Shown here piece by piece: positions 36,108 to 47,000 of a stretch of 64,000 nucleotides of DNA; within the stretch, counting starts at the first letter, position 1; every line of letters begins with the position of its first letter. The position numbers were made by a program, and so were the translations under genes. The notes below the pieces were generated by a model. That model had not been told where the DNA came from. It saw nothing but the letters and a program-made list of their open reading frames with translations, and did not search any database. Source of the stretch: Cladosporium halotolerans (lineage: Eukaryota); NCBI RefSeq assembly GCF_011745625.1, contig NW_027191462.1, positions 310,001-374,000 on the forward strand, given 5' to 3'.

Positions 36108-39100
36108 ATGAATCAATGGCAGCCCGGCCAGGCCGACGCCATGTTCTCGCAAGGAACCCCGAACCACCTCAACCCTTCCGCCCTGTATGGCAACCCCGCG
36201 CAGTTTGACCTCAGCAGCACCGGCTCGCCTTTTCAGCCCGGCCTCCCAAACGGCACCCTCAACCCGCAGACGCCAACACCCGCCTTCAACAACCAGACCT
36301 TCCAGCCCGCCTCCGTCGTCCCCCAGAAGCGCCAGCACGATGGCACCGCCGGCTCACCTCCGCCGCCCAACTCGCAGGTCTCGCGCGCGCAGACTCCCAG
36401 CTTCGGCGGATATCCCAGCCAGCAGCCCGGCCAGCAGTTTCCACCACAGCCCACGCCCTACGCGCATCTTCAGCAACCTGGCTCCGCTCAAGCCACGCCC
36501 TCACCTACAATGCAGAACCAGCAATTCCGCCAGCCGTCACAGCCCACACAACAACCGCGCATGCAGAACGCCTCCCCGAGCCCTTTCCCAGGCCAGCAGC
36601 CCGGCAACTTTGGATCCCAGATGTCTCCGTCGCAAGGCCAGCCCCAGTCACAAATGAACGCCATGAACCCGCAGCATAACCCAATGGGGGGCTTCAACCC
36701 ACAATTCGGCGCGAACCAAGGCATGCAACAAATGCAGGGCATGCAGAACCCGATGGCAGGACAAGGCGGTAACATGGGAGGCATGACCCCGTCGCAGCTG
36801 GCGCAGAAACAGTATCAGATGCGTCTTATGCAGCAACAGGCACAAATGCGCCAGAACGGTGGAGCCGCGCCGCCACGGATGGGAGCACAGCCTGGCCAGC
36901 CCAATTCCATGTACAACCCTGCAGGTATGCAGCAGCAGCAACAAATGCAACAGCAACAACAGCCGCAACAGCCGCAGCAGCAGCAACAGCAAGGGAATCA
37001 AATGCCAAACGGCGCCGGCGGTCAGATGTCCAACCCAATGATGCAGCAGCAACAGATGAAGCGCGCCGCTTTCCTGAAGCAGTGCGCAGGGTATTGCATG
37101 CAACAAGGCCGTCAATTAAACCCTAACCCGGTCATTGGGCAGAAGCACGTGGATCTTTACATGCTCTGGCAAGTAGTGATATCGGCCAATGGATCTCAGA
37201 TGATTGAGCAAAACGGCCAATGGCCCGCTGTTGCCAATAAGCTGGGCTTCGTGGGACCTGGGTACGAGGGAGCAGCAGATCAGCTGAAGCAGATCTACTA
37301 CGGTTCCATTGCCACGTACGAGAGGGCTTGGATGCAAGCTCGCGCGTCTCAAAAGCAGGAGCAGGCAAGACAACAAGCACACCAAATGGCTGGCTTTGGT
37401 CCACCGTCCCAAGCATCACCCACAAAGCCGATGCAGCCTCCCGGGCAACCAAACCAATTCGCGCAGTATCAGCAGAACCAGCAAAATCAGCCACAGCCTC
37501 AAGCGACTCCAGTGCAGGCTAATACCCCACTGCCTCAGCAAAATGGAATGGCAACCCCGCAGCAAACAATGGGAGGTGTTGGAACAATTGCTCACAGGCG
37601 AAGTGGCAGTATGCAGGTTAGGAAGCCTGATGCAATGGTTCAGCCACCTGGGGTATCAGGAGTTACCGCGCCATCACCGGTCCAGAAGATTTCGAGATCA
37701 CCATCAGTCAAACAGGAGCTTGACGGTCCAGTCATGAAGAACGAAGAACCCCAAAGCAACAATTACGTACCGCTGAAACGAGCGATCGATCTGGACGGAG
37801 GCTACGACATACACGCGTTGTCTGAGCTAGGCACACATATTCAGCGACATATGCCCCAAATGCCTACAGTGGACGAAATGGGAACCATCGACACCCAAGC
37901 GATGACGTTGAGCCTGGCATCTGGAATCCATGGAGAGGTTCGATATGCTCTAGACGCACTAGCGATAATATCGATGGACCAGCGCGTGTCCTTTGAGCTG
38001 GAGAAATGCAACGATCTCATCGACGTGTTGGTCGACTGCGCAGAAGAGCAGTTGGATTTGCTCTCGGAAGAGGCTGTTGAGGTTTCAGACGCATTGGATC
38101 TGCCATCCTACGAAGACATCATGCGCGGTTCGCGGACGGAGGCGGAAGCTCTACAAGACGTTCCCGCCTTTGGTACGCAGGAATATGAGCTGGATCGTGC
38201 CGCCGACAAATTGCTCGCTATCACGGTCGTACTCCGCAACTTCTCATTTTACGAGCACAACCATCGACTCCTCACCACAAGCACTCTAATGAAATGGCTT
38301 AGCAATACCATTCGCCTCTTGGGAACGCGCAACATGCTCCTTCGGACTTACCTCAATACCCAGGACTTTTACAAGGACATGATAATTTTCCTTTCTAACA
38401 TCACCCAGAGTCTGGAATTGGCGAGTCGGGATGATGCACTTCATGTGCTACACTTTCTACTCGCCTTCGCGCCACAGACCAGCCCAAGCTTCACGGAAAG
38501 CAAAGGAAAGCTAGTCTTTCCTAGCTTCGTCCCTGCGGTGCACAGATACCTTCCCCCAGCTGTGGACTGTCTCGCCAAACTTCTCGCGCGACAAGACCCG
38601 AACCGCGTACTGTACAAAAGCATATTTACGGCGACATCCTCCTCTCTAGCGTCCTCAGAGTCTCCCCTCGACCTACTGACTCGCGCTTTTGCTCTATCCA
38701 TCTCCGTTCTGCCCGACCGTTCCAAGGGATCGACCACGAACAACACTCAGCTGCGCATCGTCGAAGCCCGGAAAGCTTACTTGACACAAGGAATGCTAGC
38801 CGCCGACATTCTCACCACCCTCGCACCCAGCAACTCATCCGAACTCGCCCGCGCGTGGCTCGATAGTGACGACGGCTGGGCGAGCAGCCTCCTCAGCCTC
38901 GCGTCTTTGCTCTCTGTCGAGCAGCCTCCACGCCCCGCGACCGCTGGTCCTAAGGGTCCTCCGCCAATGGGCTGGGATGTCGAAAGCTTCCGCCAGATCT
39001 CTTACCGCGCGCTCATGATGATGAAGCGCCTGGCAGAGAAAGCGGGCACCTCGCGATCTCTTATGGGCGGCTTTGCTAATGGCACTGCCGTGCTGGAGAG

Positions 39101-39260
39101 CGCGACCGGTGGCGACAAGAAAGACACCGAGGAAAGCGCGGAAAAATGGGACGGTGCACCATTCGGCCACGCGGTCATCGGCGCGCTCATGCTGCCCAAT
39201 TGCGACAAAACGTCGCTGGGTCTGCTATGCGGGCTTCACGCTATGGCGATGCGGGAATGA
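36108..39260 (+). CDS. SWI1: SWI/SNF complex ARID subunit, Swi1/Sol1-like
   Basis: 1050-aa ORF: Q/P/N-rich N-terminal half, ARID-like segment (VDLYMLWQVVISANG..QWPAVANKLGF), C-terminal region with SLASGIHGEVRYALDAL and VLRNFSF. Upstream intron 35940-36093 (GTAAGT..CTAAC..CAG). Confidence 0.85.
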   Translation: MNQWQPGQADAMFSQGTPNHLNPSALYGNPAQFDLSSTGSPFQPGLPNGTLNPQTPTPAFNNQTFQPASVVPQKRQHDGTAGSPPPPNSQVSRAQTPSFGGYPSQQPGQQFPPQPTPYAHLQQPGSAQATPSPTMQNQQFRQPSQPTQQPRMQNASPSPFPGQQPGNFGSQMSPSQGQPQSQMNAMNPQHNPMGGFNPQFGANQGMQQMQGMQNPMAGQGGNMGGMTPSQLAQKQYQMRLMQQQAQMRQNGGAAPPRMGAQPGQPNSMYNPAGMQQQQQMQQQQQPQQPQQQQQQGNQMPNGAGGQMSNPMMQQQQMKRAAFLKQCAGYCMQQGRQLNPNPVIGQKHVDLYMLWQVVISANGSQMIEQNGQWPAVANKLGFVGPGYEGAADQLKQIYYGSIATYERAWMQARASQKQEQARQQAHQMAGFGPPSQASPTKPMQPPGQPNQFAQYQQNQQNQPQPQATPVQANTPLPQQNGMATPQQTMGGVGTIAHRRSGSMQVRKPDAMVQPPGVSGVTAPSPVQKISRSPSVKQELDGPVMKNEEPQSNNYVPLKRAIDLDGGYDIHALSELGTHIQRHMPQMPTVDEMGTIDTQAMTLSLASGIHGEVRYALDALAIISMDQRVSFELEKCNDLIDVLVDCAEEQLDLLSEEAVEVSDALDLPSYEDIMRGSRTEAEALQDVPAFGTQEYELDRAADKLLAITVVLRNFSFYEHNHRLLTTSTLMKWLSNTIRLLGTRNMLLRTYLNTQDFYKDMIIFLSNITQSLELASRDDALHVLHFLLAFAPQTSPSFTESKGKLVFPSFVPAVHRYLPPAVDCLAKLLARQDPNRVLYKSIFTATSSSLASSESPLDLLTRAFALSISVLPDRSKGSTTNNTQLRIVEARKAYLTQGMLAADILTTLAPSNSSELARAWLDSDDGWASSLLSLASLLSVEQPPRPATAGPKGPPPMGWDVESFRQISYRALMMMKRLAEKAGTSRSLMGGFANGTAVLESATGGDKKDTEESAEKWDGAPFGHAVIGALMLPNCDKTSLGLLCGLHAMAMRE

Positions 39261-40065
39261 TCGGTCAAATGGCACACCAGATATCTTGGAGCTTATGTAC
39301 TCAAAGACAGTTCAATTCGATTGTGAGCGAGGAGCGAGACATTCTTGCCGTGCTTATTCGTATGGCCTGTTGTATCTGCATGTAGAATACGAATGAAACA
39401 TATTCGATCGTGCCTTTGCGACCCGACAAATTTGCATCTATCGAATAAGGTGACACTCCTGGTTTCTGGCCTCGCGCTTGGCGTCAGGGGTGCTGTTACA
39501 CAACATGCAAGCCGCATATGCATCTTTCAACTTTGGAACAGGGTGTGCTCCTCCCCGAGATTAATCTGGGTAGCCACCGTCGCATGGCAGAGGACTGGAA
39601 GGTTTGCAAGACCATCTCGTCCGCGTCTGCCAAAGAGCGGAGACGATGAGCTTTCACTTCACTTCCAAAGACAAAGTGCAGTCCTCGGTCTGCTTCATTT
39701 CATTTTCCATATCGAACCTCTCACATTTCACCTCGCAGGCCGTTGTCTGTGGCAACAGGCAGACGCACCACGCTTCAATTCTGCCGTCGTCAGCGGCGGC
39801 GACGGCGGCGCACTCGATGATCATTCACATTCACCTGCTGTCCAGTGAAGTCAATGGCGCCGCGAATCACATGCAAAAGCCGCGACTGACCGGTCCTTTC
39901 CTTTCCTTGCGCTTTCCACAAGCCCTCTTTGCGCCCACAGCCGTCTCTTGATCAAAACTTCTCCTCAACCTCTTCGTGCCCGAAATCCACATCAACTGCC
40001 AATTGCTCCGCAACACCCAACCCAAAACACACACCCGCCACCTTCCAAACCACAAACTCGCAACC

Positions 40066-40697
40066 ATGCCCCTCTCCGCAAAGCAGATGAAATACCTCGC
40101 TCTCGCCGTACATCTCCCCTCAACCCCCACCCCAAACCCATCGAAACGAAAGCTAACCATCCCCGTCCCACAGTGGCAGTGCTTCGACTCCGAGCCCAAG
40201 GTCCCTCCTTCCCCTCTCTCCAACGCAACCCATCCCAGCAGAACAGACCTAACCGCAGAGACAGATCGATTACGCCAAATTCGCCCAGGTCGCCGGCCTC
40301 GCATCGCCCGCTTCCGCGCGCGAACTCATGCGCGTCACGAAGAATAAGCTCAAGGACGAGTACGCGCGCTCCTCTCCCTCTCCCAGCAATCTCTTCTCGA
40401 TTCGACGGCTGACGAAACGCCAGGTACGGCGCTCTCTCGTCCGGTTTGCAGGGCAGTAATGCCGGGCCGAGGACGCCGGGGAAGAAGAAGAGTGGGACGC
40501 CGGTTGGCACGCCGGGATCGAGGAAGAGGGGGCGGAAGGAGGCTGGGGAGGGGGATGGGGAGGGGACGCCGGTGAGCAAGAAGACGAAGAAGGGGAGTGC
40601 GAATGGTGGGGAGGATGTTGGGAAGAAGGCGAATGGTGTTGTTAAGGAGGAGCCGGTGGAGGGCAGTGAGGGGGAGGAGGAGCCGAGTTTCTTCTGA
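40066..40697 (+). CDS. Small four-exon nuclear protein with a fungal Myb-like N-terminal module and basic/acidic tail
   Basis: Exons 40066-40107, 40174-40200, 40265-40359, 40424-40697; all three introns have GT, CTAAC/CTGAC and CAG. Product MPLSAKQMKYLALAWQCFDSEPKIDYAKFAQVAGLASPASARELMRVTKNKLKDEYG..TPGKKKSGTPVGTPGSRKRGRK..VKEEP..F*. The Myb-like assignment is from pattern recall. Confidence 0.8.
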
Positions 40698-40860
40698 GGG
40701 GACGGTTGGCAGTGCGGTCTGACGATGGGGTTTCTGATGGAGGACGTTTGGCTCGAAAGTGGGCGTTTGGGAGCCGCGAGTTGGCGAGAAAGACTTTTTT
40801 GAGGGTTTCGGATGGCTTGCAAATGGCATTTCAGATTGTCAGTGTGGCTGCAAAGATCGA

Positions 40861-42527
40861 TTACAACTCATCCTTCAAGTACGACCCGCCCTTCACCTTC
40901 GGGAACCCAAAAGCGCCAAAATCCTCCTTGCACTCGAACGACTCCGCTTTATCCGCATCGCCTCCTTTGTACGCGGCAACGAGCGGCCAAGGGCAGATCG
41001 GACGCTTCACATTGCCCGCCACGCCCTCGATCGAATCCGGAGCTTTGCCGTTCTCGACCCAGTCGACGAGCGAGTCTAGAGCCGTCGCGGGGAACAAGCC
41101 AGGTCCACCATCGCAGTGCTGGATTCCCGGGACGTCAAAGTAGCGGTAGAAGTCTCTTACTTCCGGATCCAGGGCTTCGACGCGTGAGAAGTAGTTAGCG
41201 GAGCCGTTGACCGGGATCAGCTGGTCGGCGACTCCGTGCCAGTGCAAGAGCTTGCCGCCAGCGGCTTTGAAAGCGGAAAGGTCTGGGTCTGCGGTGTCCA
41301 TGACGGAGAGCTGCTCTTGCCTAGATTGGCGTAGGAAGCGGAAGAAACTATCACGCGTGAGAGAGTTGACGTCGAAAGATTGATCCTTTGCAAGCAGCGC
41401 GCGGAGGTAACTGGTGGTCATGATGAACGGCCTGCCGGCGCACTTCTTGCCGTCGGTGGGAGCGGTTGGAGGGCACTCTGTCTCAAGCATGCCGCCGAAG
41501 GGACCCAATTCGCTGATGTGGGGGCTGGCTTCGTGCGGAAGACCAAACCACTCCTGATCGCCCGCCTCGTTGTGCGGACCTCGCCACACTTCCTTCGCAA
41601 CGGTGACTGCTTCCTGCGAAATCTTGGTCGACTTGCCTCGCAGGGAATTTTCTTTCCCACGAGTGTCTGCGGGTCAAACTTGCATTGGCCGTGCGCAGAG
41701 ACCAGGCCGTCCTTGATTCCGTCCAACTCATCACACGACTCAATGGCAGCTTCGGTGATGGCATGGAACTCGCAGGTCGGAGGATGCACGCCTAGCTCGT
41801 TCATCACGATCTGACCCCAGATCTCTGATAAGACGAAGGTAGCCCAATTCATGGCCGGAGCAACCGAGAGGACGCCATCGTAGTTCTCCGGGAAGCGCTG
41901 CGCTTGAACCATGCCCTGCCTTCCGCCGGTCGAGCATCCGCTCCAGTAGCTGTAATCGGGCTTCTTCCCATAGAATGCCTCGATCGTCCGCTTCGCGATC
42001 TTCGTCATGTCGTCCAGCGCGACATATGCAAAGTCGTACAGGAGCGGCAAATTGACGCTGCCAGGCTCATGCAGTAGCCAATCGCTAATGACAGCCGCAG
42101 AAACCCCAGCATCCAGGCTACCGTGCCCAGCGTCCGTCATGGCAGCAGCATAGCCCATGCCCACAGCAGGCGCGTTTCCGCCCTCGAAGCCGGCGGCCCA
42201 GCCGCCACCGCCTGTGCCCAGAAAGCGACCATTCCAGTCTTTCTCCTCGAGAGGCAGCCAGACGTACACATTGACAGCGTCGTTCCAGCCAGGGTGGGTG
42301 TAGGTCAGCGTCACATTGCAGAAGTTGATAGGTCGCTCCTCGGCTATGAGGCTACCTAGACCGTACGGCCATGGTGCGTATTGGTGCACTTCGGTGACTT
42401 TGAGGTCCAGGAGGCGGGTGCCGAAGACTTTGGGATACGGGAACTTGTCGACACGGCAGGATGAGGGCCCGGCGGCGAGGACGAGAGGTCCTGCGAGCAA
42501 TGGTGCTATGAGTAGAGGTAAGATCAT
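40861..42527 (-). pseudogene. Tannase/feruloyl esterase family protein interrupted by a 1-bp frameshift (pseudogene or sequence error)
   Basis: Signal peptide MILPLLIAPLLAGPLVLA from 42527; YWSGCSTGGRQG; CDELDGIKDG; second frame carries WHGVADQLIP and PGIQHCDGG (CS-D-HC motif) and ends KDEL*. Frames switch at ~41636. Confidence 0.8.
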
Positions 42528-43068
42528 ATTGCACGACAAGGAACTTGTTATGGGGAAATGGGCAAAGAAGGAGAAGTAGAGTTTCCATCGGAGGGCATAC
42601 TTATGCTGATGGCAGCGTCCCGTTTACGATTGCCGAGTCACGGCATAGCTAGGGCCCTTGTCCTTCGTTCCCACCCCGCATCTATTAGCATTGCGGGAGG
42701 CATAGCATCCATGGAGAGCTCTAAACGGGGCAGAGCTTTGCCCATTTCGACCCAGTTTGAGACGTCCGAGGCGCGAGGTGAAGTCTATTTGGTAGGAGGC
42801 ATCCGAATGGTCACGTGATCATCTGCTGAGCTGCGCGGACATGCTCGGCCTGACCTGCAATCATCTTCAAGAGGAGGCTCGTTGAAATTCCAACGGGTCT
42901 ATTTTTGCTTGCGATGAGTAGGTGGGAGGTCGGTTGCCAGACGTATTTGACGTGGCTCAAGTGCGCCGCGGGAGTCTCGCGTCCCGCAGCCGATCAAGCT
43001 CACATCGAGGTTATCGCCCGTCTAACGCCGAGCAATCGCATTAACATCCACCTCCATCTTCACATCAC

Positions 43069-43942
43069 ATGATGGAGCCTCTGGCTAGATCAAGTTTACG
43101 CGCATTGCGCTCGCATACCCTCCGATCAGCCACCGCACGAGGTGTTCGCAGCTTTTCCGGCCTCCCACCATTCCCACCTACTCACAATGCGCAACCTCAA
43201 AGGCCGCCTAGCTCGGCATTGCCCATGCCTTTCGTGACAGAAACAGTTGTAAGTCTTTAGCACCCTCGAATATACCAGAGCAACAGATCTTATACTGACC
43301 TGCTAGGGAGGCGGCTTCCACACCTGTAAACACCCCCCAAACCCTCTATCGACCCAATCCACTCCCCGCTAACCACCCCCCCGCGCAGCCGACATTTTCT
43401 CCCGCCTCCTGAAGGAGCGCATCATCTGCCTAAATGGCGAAGTCGAAGAAGTCCTCAGCGCCAGCATCGTCGCGCAGCTCCTCTTCCTCGAAGCCGACAA
43501 CCCGCAGAAGCCGATCTCGCTGTACATCAACTCGCCGGGCGGCAGCGTGACGGCCGGGCTCGCGATCTACGACACGATGCAGTACATCCGGTCGCCCGTG
43601 ACGACAATCTGCCTGGGCCAGGCGGCGTCGATGGGCTCGCTGCTGCTGTGCGGCGGCGCGCCAGGCCAGCGCTTCGTGCTGCCGCACAGCCGCATCATGG
43701 TCCACCAGGTCTCGGGCGGGTACTCAGGCCAGGCGAGCGACATCGCCATCCACGCGAAGGAAATCCTGCGGGTCAGGGAGCAGCTGAACATGATTTATAA
43801 GAGGCATTTGACGAAGGATCACAGCTTGCAGGAGATTGAACGGGTGATGGAGAGGGATTTCTTCATGGGTGCTGAGGAGGCGAAGGAGTGGGGTATCGTG
43901 GACAAGATTCTGGACCGACGAGAGGGGACTGAAGCGAAGTAA
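43069..43942 (+). CDS. clpP: Mitochondrial ATP-dependent Clp protease proteolytic subunit
   Basis: Arg/Ser-rich presequence; introns 43249-43306 and 43326-43388 flank a 19-nt exon; [41 protein letters not shown] (Ser), IMVHQ (His), ERDFFM (Asp). Confidence 0.95.
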
Positions 43943-44029
43943 TAACGGTATAAGAAGGACTCGCATCAGAGAACAAGGGATGGAATGAACTATTGTATGA
44001 ATACAGCTTTGTACAAGCGCCAAAGCGGA

Positions 44030-47000
44030 CTACCTGTTCACGTCGATCTTGGTGATCAAATCTCCACCGAGTCTTGCAATCTCCGCCAGGATACCCTCCT
44101 TGTTGATTTCGGCGTTGACTTCATCTTCAGCGCCAGTCTTGACGGGGATCGTTGAATACGACAGATTGACCTTCCAGCTGCGCGGCGCAGTCTGCGGGTT
44201 CCATAGACCAGCAATGACCGGCTTGTCGGTGCCGTTAACGAAGAAAAGGATCGATGAGCCGTAGAGTATTTCCAACTCGGAGTAGAAACTGTTGACAGCA
44301 TCGTATCCAACCAACGACGTGTCGTTGAGGGTCTCTAGCTCGAGGTTCTTGAAAGCTGGCGCGGCTTTGCTTGACCTTCTCTTGCGACCAGTCGCAGTAG
44401 CGCTCAGATGCAGGACGAAATCGTAATCGTTGACAGGCGAGACAAAGAGCGAGGCAGGCTCGAGACCAAGCTTCTGCTGCTCGACTGCTGAGACTGCCGC
44501 CCTCGCGAGAGCGGTCAGACGGCTGGCTACGACCTTCGAAGGCTTGCCATCTGTCCAGCTGACACCGTCTTGATCGACGTTGCTTGCTGCGAAGAAAACC
44601 ACGCGATTGAGCGAAGGGTCCAGTTTCCTCCAAGCTTCGAATCTCGTCGTAATGGCCTGCAATTCTGTCTGCTGGAGCTCACCGCTGCCACTGAGGTCCA
44701 CAATCAGCGGATCAGCACGCCAATCCCAACGCGAGATCCAAAACAGTGTGCGAAGGAAACCTGTTTGAACGCTGGAGGGCGCTGACCATGGCCAAGGCTG
44801 GACGAATGTGCGGGCGACAAGGAGCTCGATAACCTCCTCGGCAATATGGTTGGACAGCAAGTGCGATGCAAACCATTTCTTCGTGAGTCTCATCGTCCCG
44901 CTGAGTGTCGGGAAACGGTTGCAAAGCTGCGCCACCGCCTGCGTATGAGCCGGGGTTTTCAAAGAATCACACTTGTATTTAGCCAGCGCCAGCGCGGCCA
45001 ATTCTCTTGATTTGGGATCGGTGGTCTTGTCTTTGAGCTGGCGCTCGAGGAAGCTCTGCTCGCGCTCGTGGTGGATGCGCAATCTGAAGGTCGCTCCAGA
45101 TTCGTAGGTGACGTCCAAGAAGCCCTGGTTGAAGACGTCGGTGTCTTCGTTCTCGAGTCCAATACGAGTACTAACGCCTTCGACGTTCTCTTCGAGAAGC
45201 TCACTAAACTTGAGCAGGAAAGCAATTTTCGTGCGCTGAATCGCTCCCAGATCGTCTGGCCAGCGGTTTGAGCCCTCGAATTGCATGGTCACATCGGCCG
45301 GCTTGGTTTGCTGAGATGTGCGACCGACCATGGGCGCATCGATAGATGCGAAGCGGAGCTGTGCGTCAGCTGGCATAAGCTGGCGAATGGTCAAGGGGAC
45401 TTCTTCCAGATCTCTCATATCACGTTCGAGCTTTCTGTATGCCTCGATGAAAGGCTCGAAGCAAGCATTAGAGGCTCCATTACGGATCATCCGGGAAAAC
45501 TCGTCACCCATGAACTTGGCAGATTGTTCGACAGCAGAGCTGAAATGACGTTGTAGCAGGTAGCGAGTGATTTGCTCCAAGACAGACTGACCATTCTCTC
45601 CAGCAGACCAAATCAGACTCTCCAAGATACTGCCGTCCTTGAAACGACGGAGCTCTGCTTTTTCTCCCCAAAACTTGCGGAAGGATGCAGCCTCCGCCTT
45701 GTTCTCAGCAGACGGACCATGGTCGACAGTACGGTTGACGTTGTCTGAGTTGATGACTATTCCCACGGTAACGCTTCCTTTCGAGTGCTGGTTGGGTCTG
45801 GCAGTGCCGATGTTCCAAGGTCCAGATGCGGGCTGTCTAATATTGATCAGAGTAACTCTGTCACCGAGACCACGCTGAAGTGTTTGGTACAGTTTCCGAA
45901 GAGACTGCTGAACATTTGATGTCTTGCTTGGGTCAGACTTGATGAAGGCAGTCTGTTCAAGTTCCAAGGACATATCGAAACGCATCAGAGTGTTGTCTGT
46001 ACGCAGGATGAACGTAGATTCGAAGCCATCGAACTTCTGATCAGCAAGCATGGAAAGCGTAGTTTTGGCCGCAGACTGAAGGAGCTTGTAGGACCAAGGA
46101 GTCATCTTGTACAGAAGGTTGTGATGTCTCTCCTCATCCCACAAAACAGGTGAGCCATCCTGGAGCTTGGGCGGCGTGCTTGCGGTGCCGATGACGAACG
46201 GCTGGCGACTGAAGTCTTTGACGACAAGCAGCTGAAGAGTCGCTTTGAGCAGCTGATAGCTGCTGTAGCCACCGCTCAAGACGGGCTTGTCACCTGGTCC
46301 ACCGCCTGATAGCAATGCTGCCATTAACGCGCTCCATTCAAAGTTTCCGAAACCACCAGCAGCAATGTTGGAGCCAAATCCTCGCTGCCTGAGCCAAGAA
46401 GATCCCAACAAGCATGCATCGCGGAAGCTAGAGCAGCTTGTCGCAGCCTTATGTAAGAGTTTCAGATAAGGGGTGACTAGCATGTTCGACCTCAAGGTGG
46501 AATTGTAGAAGGGAGTCGGCGCGTTTGCACTGGAGCCGTCTGGAGCATCTGTAGCCCTCACGCAGTTTCGGTCCAAGCCCAGCTTTTCCACAGGAAAGAC
46601 GTCCTGAGCGACAGCAAGTACGATGTTCACCTGCCATTTGAGAACGGGCTTCTGCTCTGCCTGTTCACTTGAAGCTTGCTTGGGAGCGATGATAATGGTC
46701 GGGTTCAAGGCGTTGCCGTGCATTTCCTGAAACTGAATGTTGTAGGCTTTCGCGTGCGCCTTCTTCAAGCCAGCTGCAAGACAGGCCAGATAGTAGGAAC
46801 GTTTATAAAAGAAGCGGTGATTGAGGAAGTCCTTCTCCTGGAAGAGAGAAGAAGGCATTTGAATGACCATGTCCAACTCCGCGACTTCTCTGGCTCTGTT
46901 TGAAGTTTTGAGAGCGTGGCTGCCGACCACATTGATGTTCGATGGTCTTGCATACTCCAACTTGTACTTTGCGTCCTTCGGAGGCCTAGGATCTGGGAAC

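Noticed and set aside
41614..41636. 23-nt GC-AG intron that would repair the tannase frame
   Set aside because: Far shorter than the 50+ nt introns here, no branch point, and it would delete plausible coding residues.
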